Positions 58,969-64,000 of a DNA stretch of 64,000 nucleotides are shown here, piece after piece. The number at the start of each line of letters is the position of its first letter. Position 1 is the first letter of the stretch. Origin of the DNA: a virus (taxonomy: Duplodnaviria > Caudoviricetes). A model generated the notes under the pieces. It had not been told where the DNA came from, did not search any database, and saw nothing but the letters and a program-made list of their open reading frames with translations. Where the stretch lies: IMG/VR virus record IMGVR_UViG_3300042306_000967, positions 56,951-120,950 of that record. One strand, written 5' to 3'. The position numbers and the translations under genes were made by a program.

Positions 58969-59784
58969 TTATGATTCAATAATCTCAATGCTGATTTTGG
59001 GTTGATACCCATCAGGTAGTTGTCTATTAATACCCTTAAATTCGTTTACTTTGTTCTTAAAGTATGTTATTTGTAATACCTTATCAGTTAGGTTCATTAC
59101 AGTTTGAGATGATGTAGACATCTCTTTTGTATCTCTTTTCATGTTCAATTGAGGTCTTTTTGGAAAGAATTCTTTTCTCATAGCTTGTGCTACTTCTTTC
59201 CAATCTTCTACCTTATCAACCGATTTCTCTGCTGATAACTTTCTCATTTTTGAACTTAAATACTTCTCACCATTTGTATATCCCGCATCGGTGAACATAT
59301 GTCCGTGATTTGTACGAACAACAGGTGATTCGGAGTTTTGAAGTTTAACATCCGGCTTATGCTTCGATGTAGTTTCAATACTAACCATATGTTTTGGAGA
59401 TGATACAAATGTATGTCCTTTTAATGATAGTCCACTTTTACCTTTATAAGTAAGTGTAGCTTTAACAGCATCTATTAGAGTAGGTTGTTTGATGATGTTT
59501 CTCATCTTATCACCATCGGGTCCAGGTTTACCACCTTTCTTTACAATCTTATGTTCGGCTTCATCGTGTCCAACTAATAGTGCCGAATTTACAACACCAA
59601 TTCCGTTTTCGTTTAAGCCCTCACTCCAATCGGTTACTAAATCATGTAGATATGCAACTTCCACACCATCAATAATAGTGTGTACAATTTCTAAAGATGG
59701 GTTATAAGCTCTATCTCTATTTTTAGCTAGGATGAACTTATCATTTATTTCCTTAGATACAATAATGCACTCTGTAAGTTTCAT
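58969..59784 (-). CDS. Ntn-hydrolase (NRDE/C45/choloylglycine-hydrolase-like) with short MKLTE pro-peptide
   Basis: C6 followed by ...ILAKNRDR, WSEGLNENGIGVVN, VVRTNH, R...TSSQ: the Cys-Ntn hydrolase signature. Confidence 0.75.
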   Translation of the reverse strand: MKLTECIIVSKEINDKFILAKNRDRAYNPSLEIVHTIIDGVEVAYLHDLVTDWSEGLNENGIGVVNSALLVGHDEAEHKIVKKGGKPGPDGDKMRNIIKQPTLIDAVKATLTYKGKSGLSLKGHTFVSSPKHMVSIETTSKHKPDVKLQNSESPVVRTNHGHMFTDAGYTNGEKYLSSKMRKLSAEKSVDKVEDWKEVAQAMRKEFFPKRPQLNMKRDTKEMSTSSQTVMNLTDKVLQITYFKNKVNEFKGINRQLPDGYQPKISIEIIES

Positions 59785-59786
59785 TT

Positions 59787-60341
59787 TTATATTCTTTCTG
59801 AATAAACAATCATACCTTCATTATCTTCAATAGCTATTATAGAACCCGGCATATTACGAGTTTGCTTTATATCTTCAAAGTGTGCTGGAATTGCATCTTT
59901 TACTTTTACTTGTTGTTGGTAAGTTACTTTTTTATTTCTAGATACCACAATTGTCCAAGGACTTTTTTGAGAACCTTTTTTAACTGCTGCCATCATCTTT
60001 GCCCAATTCTTACCTTCTGTCATTATAGATTCATTAACTCCTTCAAATAACCTAACAGAAAGAATTACATCTTTACCTATATTTAAGTTTCTTAATTTTT
60101 TATTTTGTAAATCATAAGATGGATTACCAATTGTATTTGCCTTTGCAATTACACCATTCTTAATAAAGTGTGGTTGTAATCCAGAATAGTTATCATCTCT
60201 AAAAATAAAAATATTATTAGGTAATTCTTTAGATATTTTAATTATCTTCTTTAAACCTTCTTTACCCACAAAGCAACCACCTTTACAAACAGTTCCTCCG
60301 TAAGTTACACCTTTTACAAATGCTTCTTTTAAACTTTTCAT
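59787..60341 (-). CDS. Two-module hypothetical (putative internal head) protein
   Basis: MKSLKE| start; internal VNE|SIMTE| junction. Confidence 0.5.
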   Translation of the reverse strand: MKSLKEAFVKGVTYGGTVCKGGCFVGKEGLKKIIKISKELPNNIFIFRDDNYSGLQPHFIKNGVIAKANTIGNPSYDLQNKKLRNLNIGKDVILSVRLFEGVNESIMTEGKNWAKMMAAVKKGSQKSPWTIVVSRNKKVTYQQQVKVKDAIPAHFEDIKQTRNMPGSIIAIEDNEGMIVYSERI

Positions 60342-60342
60342 A

Positions 60343-60675
60343 TTAAAATGCTCCTTTTAAATTAGTGTAATCAGTTAAACTATATTTATCTCCAAAGGTA
60401 TCCATTAATCCGTTTAAGATAATGTTTCTATATTTAGAAATTTCAGATGGCATTGAACCTTCTATTTTGTGTATCGTTTCTATTGCTTCTAATTTCTTAA
60501 TCGCCTTTGTATCTTTCAAAAATTTTGCCAATTCCATTACAGAAGCTGTATGGTCATTTCTATCGGTTAATTTAGCTATCTTTTTAGATAAAACTAAAAC
60601 ATCAGGATTTTCATGAGGATTACTCGCTTCACTTACAACTGGTTTTCCGGTTACAATACCCATTAATTTTATCAT
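60343..60675 (-). CDS. Hypothetical (putative internal head) protein
   Basis: MIKLMGIV...VVSE| start, like 5852..6763 and 12264..12701. Confidence 0.5.
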   Translation of the reverse strand: MIKLMGIVTGKPVVSEASNPHENPDVLVLSKKIAKLTDRNDHTASVMELAKFLKDTKAIKKLEAIETIHKIEGSMPSEISKYRNIILNGLMDTFGDKYSLTDYTNLKGAF

Positions 60676-60676
60676 C

Positions 60677-61333
60677 TTACTTCTTTACTTTAATTTTCCA
60701 ATAAGTACCAAATCCAACATACGGTGAGAATGAGCCATTAGTTCCATCAGTAGTTCTATTGTTTACACCTAAACCAAATTGATAAATTTTATCTTTTTTA
60801 GTTTTTAAGATTAAACCAGCTCCAACTGCAGAAACATAATCTTCTCTATTAAATCCAGCATTCAAACCATAATATAATTGAGTTTTTGCAGGCTCTTTAA
60901 CAATAAGTTCTTCTTTAATGATTCTTTCTTTAACTTTAGCATCCCAAGTTCTACCTAAAATTCTATTCTTTGTGATAGTATCGGTTAATGCAATAGTTCC
61001 CAATCCACCATCTAAAGTCAATGTATCTTTATAAACTACTTTTGCTAAGTAATCTTTAAGTAATGCTGCGGTATCCACATTTACTAATTCTTTAAGAACT
61101 AATGTATCTACATCAATTACTTCGTGTATAATATCTGCACCTTTTTTAGTTACTATTTTAGTTTTTTCAACTTCAATTGTATCAATTGTGTGCTTTAATA
61201 CTTCATATTTTTTACCATCAATTCTGATAGTTCTTCCACCTGGCATAACTCCACCTGGATTAAACCATTGTAGAAGAATGTAGATGATTAATGCTGCTAT
61301 AGCAATGTTTTTGAAATTAACAAATTTTTTCAT
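60677..61333 (-). CDS. Membrane-anchored protein with C-terminal amphipathic beta strands (possible lysis/spanin-like)
   Basis: N-terminal TM IAIAALIIYILLQWF; DT-rich stalk; C-terminal LYYGLNAGF, VGAGLILK, IYQFGLGV, YVGFGTYWKI. Confidence 0.5.
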   Translation of the reverse strand: MKKFVNFKNIAIAALIIYILLQWFNPGGVMPGGRTIRIDGKKYEVLKHTIDTIEVEKTKIVTKKGADIIHEVIDVDTLVLKELVNVDTAALLKDYLAKVVYKDTLTLDGGLGTIALTDTITKNRILGRTWDAKVKERIIKEELIVKEPAKTQLYYGLNAGFNREDYVSAVGAGLILKTKKDKIYQFGLGVNNRTTDGTNGSFSPYVGFGTYWKIKVKK

Positions 61334-61359
61334 AAGACGTGTTTTTATGTGTATAAATA

Positions 61360-62808
61360 TTAGAAAGCTAATTTTGAACCGATTTGAAAGTTGTTTAACA
61401 ATTTAAAATTAGGTTCAAATGTCATAGCTCCCCTATAAGAAGTTGATAATGCAAATCTTTTACTGATTTTATAATCGTATCCCAATCCTACAATTGCACC
61501 GGGTGTTCTACTTACCGAACTATTTCCCGTCATTGTGTTCCAAGCTATTGGAGATTGCATTAAGAATACTTGTGGGGTTAGTGTAACCTTTCTATTATAC
61601 TGGTAGGGTTTCATCCAAAATCCAACTGCGGATGCACTTAACGAAACATCATACCCACCACCATTCATTTTTGGCATCATTAAGGTAATAACACCCACAT
61701 TATATCCGAATGTTCCGTATTTAGGATGTGGTTTAATCCAGGTATACCCATTAAGGTTCATTAGCGTTCCTTTAAGGTAAGCAAATGTAGTTCCATATGA
61801 ATGTATCGCATTTAATTTACCATCCTCAAAATCCATCTTAGTCACCCCAGCACTCAATGCAAATTGGTTTAGGGTACTCCAAATAAGTGCGGTAGCTGAA
61901 TATGATTTATCACCCATTAGAGATGATTTGGAAACACCCACACTCATCATTACGGCATATCTACCTTCCATATCCTCCGTTCCTGCTAAATCACTAGCTA
62001 ACATCATTGGATTAGCTACTGCTTTTTTCTTCTCTTCTTTTTTCTTTTCAGATTTTTTCTCCTCTTTCTTTTCTTCCTTTTTTTCTTCTTTGGATTCTTC
62101 TTTCTTCTCTTCTTTTTTCTCTTCTGATTTAGATTCTTCTTTCTTTTCTTCCGATTTACTTTCAGACTTTGATTCCTCTTTTGATTCGGATTTACTTTCA
62201 GATTTACTCTCTGATTTTGTTTCAGATTTAGTCTCCGTTTTGGTTTCAGTTTTAGTTTCAGATGATGAAGATGAACTACCTGATGAAGATGATGAAGATG
62301 AACTACTACCAGAACTACTACTTCCAGATGATGCCGGTGGAGTAGAACTACTACTTGATGATGGTGGTGGTGCCGATGCCGTTGGTGGAGGTGTCGATGC
62401 AGCTGCTGCACTTGCACTACTACTTGCTGCAGCACTTGCCGATGAACTTGCCGCAGACGATGCAGCCGAACTTGCAGCTTGTGAAGCGGCTTGAGATGCT
62501 GCTTGAGCTGCCGCTTGAGTTACCGCTTGTTGAACTACCACATTTGTTGGACACCCCATAGTTGAGTATGCCGTATAAGTTGCAGTTATCCAAACCTGAA
62601 CCGCTCCAGCCATTACCTCCTGTGGAGAAAATACTCTTATCTGATTATAAAATGATACTGTTGCAAAACCATTTGTAATTGTGGTAGTTGCTATTTTAAT
62701 TTCACCTGTACATTTATCCTTATAAGTTTGTGTATAGGTTTGCCCTATCGCTTCCGTAACGAATGAAGATATAACAATTAACAATAAACCAATTACCCAT
62801 TTTTTCAT
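61360..62808 (-). CDS. Secreted outer-membrane beta-barrel protein with long Ala/Ser/Glu-Lys linker
   Basis: Signal peptide MKKWVIGLLLIVISS; low-complexity linker; alternating beta strands ending QIGSKLAF (terminal Phe). Confidence 0.65.
   Translation of the reverse strand: MKKWVIGLLLIVISSFVTEAIGQTYTQTYKDKCTGEIKIATTTITNGFATVSFYNQIRVFSPQEVMAGAVQVWITATYTAYSTMGCPTNVVVQQAVTQAAAQAASQAASQAASSAASSAASSSASAAASSSASAAAASTPPPTASAPPPSSSSSSTPPASSGSSSSGSSSSSSSSSGSSSSSSETKTETKTETKSETKSESKSESKSESKEESKSESKSEEKKEESKSEEKKEEKKEESKEEKKEEKKEEKKSEKKKEEKKKAVANPMMLASDLAGTEDMEGRYAVMMSVGVSKSSLMGDKSYSATALIWSTLNQFALSAGVTKMDFEDGKLNAIHSYGTTFAYLKGTLMNLNGYTWIKPHPKYGTFGYNVGVITLMMPKMNGGGYDVSLSASAVGFWMKPYQYNRKVTLTPQVFLMQSPIAWNTMTGNSSVSRTPGAIVGLGYDYKISKRFALSTSYRGAMTFEPNFKLLNNFQIGSKLAF
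62022..62520 (-). repeat. Low-complexity coding tract (AASQ/AASS, poly-Ser, KSE/EEKK)
   Basis: Visible short-period repeats in DNA and protein. Confidence 0.8.
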
Positions 62809-63648
62809 TTAGAAATTCACACCCAATCCAAAAGTTTTACTATTGATTACCGGGTCATAATCAAACTTTATTGTTAAATTTTTAAAATCATGTAACGCTC
62901 CTACTTTCATAGTAGTAAATCTATCTAAATATTTTGGGAATGTAATATATCCCAAATCATCTTTACCTCTCCATTTTACATCTTCGGAAACAGTACCAAT
63001 CATAAAGTGAACACCGGTTCTCTTTATTCGTTTACCAGCTCCGATATAAAAACTATTTCGTTGAATCAAATCATTAACCATTGGAAAATCAACTTGAGTT
63101 ATATTACCATATGGAAAGAATGTTGAATTATCTCTTTCAACACTTGAATTGTATTCCATTATAAGATATCCCTTATTACCAATCGTAAAGAAACCGCCTA
63201 ATTGTTTATCGGTTGTTTTCTGAATACCAAAACTAATTACAGGCTTCTTACCTCTAATTGTATCTCTTTTACCATCACCATAAACATAAATTCTTGCAGG
63301 TTGACGGTATCCCCAATCGTTCCAATAGAATGATGGTTGCCAAAAGTTCCATCCAAAGCCAGGTGCTCCCCACATATTCCATCTATTCCATCCCCACCCC
63401 CAATCGTTAAAGAATGGGTCTCTAACAATTATATTTGAACCAGGTCTTGTCCTAGAAGGTCTATTAAACTCTCTTGGTGATTCATCTCGCCATCTACTAA
63501 CATCATTTCTTTGAGGAGTTGATGGTTGTATCGATGGTGTAGACCTTTGTTGAGGTTGTGATTGTTGTGGTGGATTACTTCTCCAATTACTAACTTGTGA
63601 AAAAGCTAGTGTTGGCACAAATGCCAATAAAAATAATAGATTTTTCAT
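62809..63648 (-). CDS. Secreted outer-membrane beta-barrel-like protein with Trp/Gly-rich segment
   Basis: Signal peptide MKNLLFLLAFVPTLAFS|Q (Bacteroidota-style Gln at +1); WGWGWNRWNMWG; ends TFGLGVNF. Confidence 0.6.
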   Translation of the reverse strand: MKNLLFLLAFVPTLAFSQVSNWRSNPPQQSQPQQRSTPSIQPSTPQRNDVSRWRDESPREFNRPSRTRPGSNIIVRDPFFNDWGWGWNRWNMWGAPGFGWNFWQPSFYWNDWGYRQPARIYVYGDGKRDTIRGKKPVISFGIQKTTDKQLGGFFTIGNKGYLIMEYNSSVERDNSTFFPYGNITQVDFPMVNDLIQRNSFYIGAGKRIKRTGVHFMIGTVSEDVKWRGKDDLGYITFPKYLDRFTTMKVGALHDFKNLTIKFDYDPVINSKTFGLGVNF

Positions 63649-63675
63649 AGGTATATTATTTAGTTACCTATAAAT

Positions 63676-63708
63676 ATAAAAAAAGGGAGTATTCACTCCC
63701 TTTCTTTT
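63676..63708 (-). terminator. Rho-independent terminator
   Basis: Minus strand AAAGGGAGT-GAAT-ACTCCCTTT plus T tract; similar to the capsid terminator. Confidence 0.8.
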
Positions 63709-64000
63709 TAATTTCCTTTTGACGGGAATCTAGTCCATCCGTTTATCCATATCGGTTTATCCAATTCAGCTATCACAGAATCAACTTCTTTATTACTTTT
63801 ACTCAAAGCTAAAGTTTTAAGTTGTTCATTTGTTAAAATTGTAGTTGCTTTACTAATAAAGTTTAAACTAGGATTAAATGTTCCTACTGAATTGTTTTCA
63901 AATACTGAAACTCCATCTTTTACGAATTGTGCAGTTTCATTACTTTCTAAACTCAATCCACCTTTCATCCATCCCCAAATTACACTATTCTTCATTGTAA
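63708..64000 (-). CDS. 3' end of a gene truncated by the window edge; resembles Bacteroidota beta-helix surface proteins
   Basis: Frame open to the window edge; NSVIWGW..G and terminal WINGWTRF motif. Confidence 0.4.
   Translation of the reverse strand, partial: TMKNSVIWGWMKGGLSLESNETAQFVKDGVSVFENNSVGTFNPSLNFISKATTILTNEQLKTLALSKSNKEVDSVIAELDKPIWINGWTRFPSKGN

Larger units (their letters stand above)
1393..63677 (-). promoter_or_regulatory. Dispersed putative late promoter motif ATA(T/C)TTAT, 17 copies upstream of genes
   Basis: Copies start (plus-strand coordinates) at 1393, 4434, 10455, 12734, 15071, 18067, 18490, 23298, 25327, 34776, 40094, 41087, 43031, 54681, 58941, 61353 and 63670. Each is 5-41 nt upstream of a minus-strand start, except 144 nt for the scaffold gene. 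Confidence 0.7.

Noticed and set aside
280-62561. Numerous plus-strand ORFs in the track (e.g. 7368..7940, 26085..26441 Cys-rich, 48248..48724, 61928..62494)
   Set aside because: All are antisense shadows of well-supported minus-strand genes. The Cys/Ser-rich and Phe/Ser-rich ones simply mirror the poly-Thr and EEKK repeats.
1393-63677. T4-type TATAAATA late promoters on the plus strand
   Set aside because: There are no plus-strand genes downstream of them. Their consistent position just upstream of minus-strand starts indicates the opposite orientation is functional.
1-64000. Alternative genetic code (stop-codon reassignment, as in some large phages)
   Set aside because: Core genes (capsid, portal, terminase, gp6) are full length under the standard code, coding density is high, and TAG terminates some genes normally.
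1-64000. tRNA, rRNA, integrase or transposase genes
   Set aside because: No intergenic space or motifs supporting them were seen.

Overview
This is a 64-kb, AT-rich, densely coding segment of a large T4-like (contractile-tailed) dsDNA phage. Essentially all genes lie on the minus strand and read through with the standard genetic code. It contains the head module (major capsid, scaffold, prohead protease, portal, large terminase) and a baseplate/tail module (gp5-like, gp25, gp6, gp7-like, collar-like proteins, and a 2601-aa fibre with an S74 chaperone domain). It also has a small replication island (primase, Mre11-Rad50 fusion, GIY-YIG nuclease) and membrane/outer-membrane genes at the right end. 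Three TTTG-N20-TATATTT(G/A) promoters, mostly SD-less starts and Bacteroidota-style outer-membrane proteins point to a Bacteroidota host (inference). The most striking feature is an apparent virion protein-glycosylation system: ADP-heptose enzymes (HldA/HldC-like), a TibC/Aah-type protein O-heptosyltransferase, two multidomain glycosyltransferases (one fused to a radical SAM/SPASM domain) and a mucin-like Thr-rich protein. A [S/T]-[G/A/S/Q]-S tripeptide is dense in outer virion proteins but nearly absent from enzymes, and is a candidate sequon. A second candidate system is a set of modular head-associated proteins punctuated by gp21-type [I/L/V]-x-E sites, including an Ntn-hydrolase whose catalytic Cys would be unmasked by that cleavage. 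All family calls come from motif recognition by eye; no searches were run.
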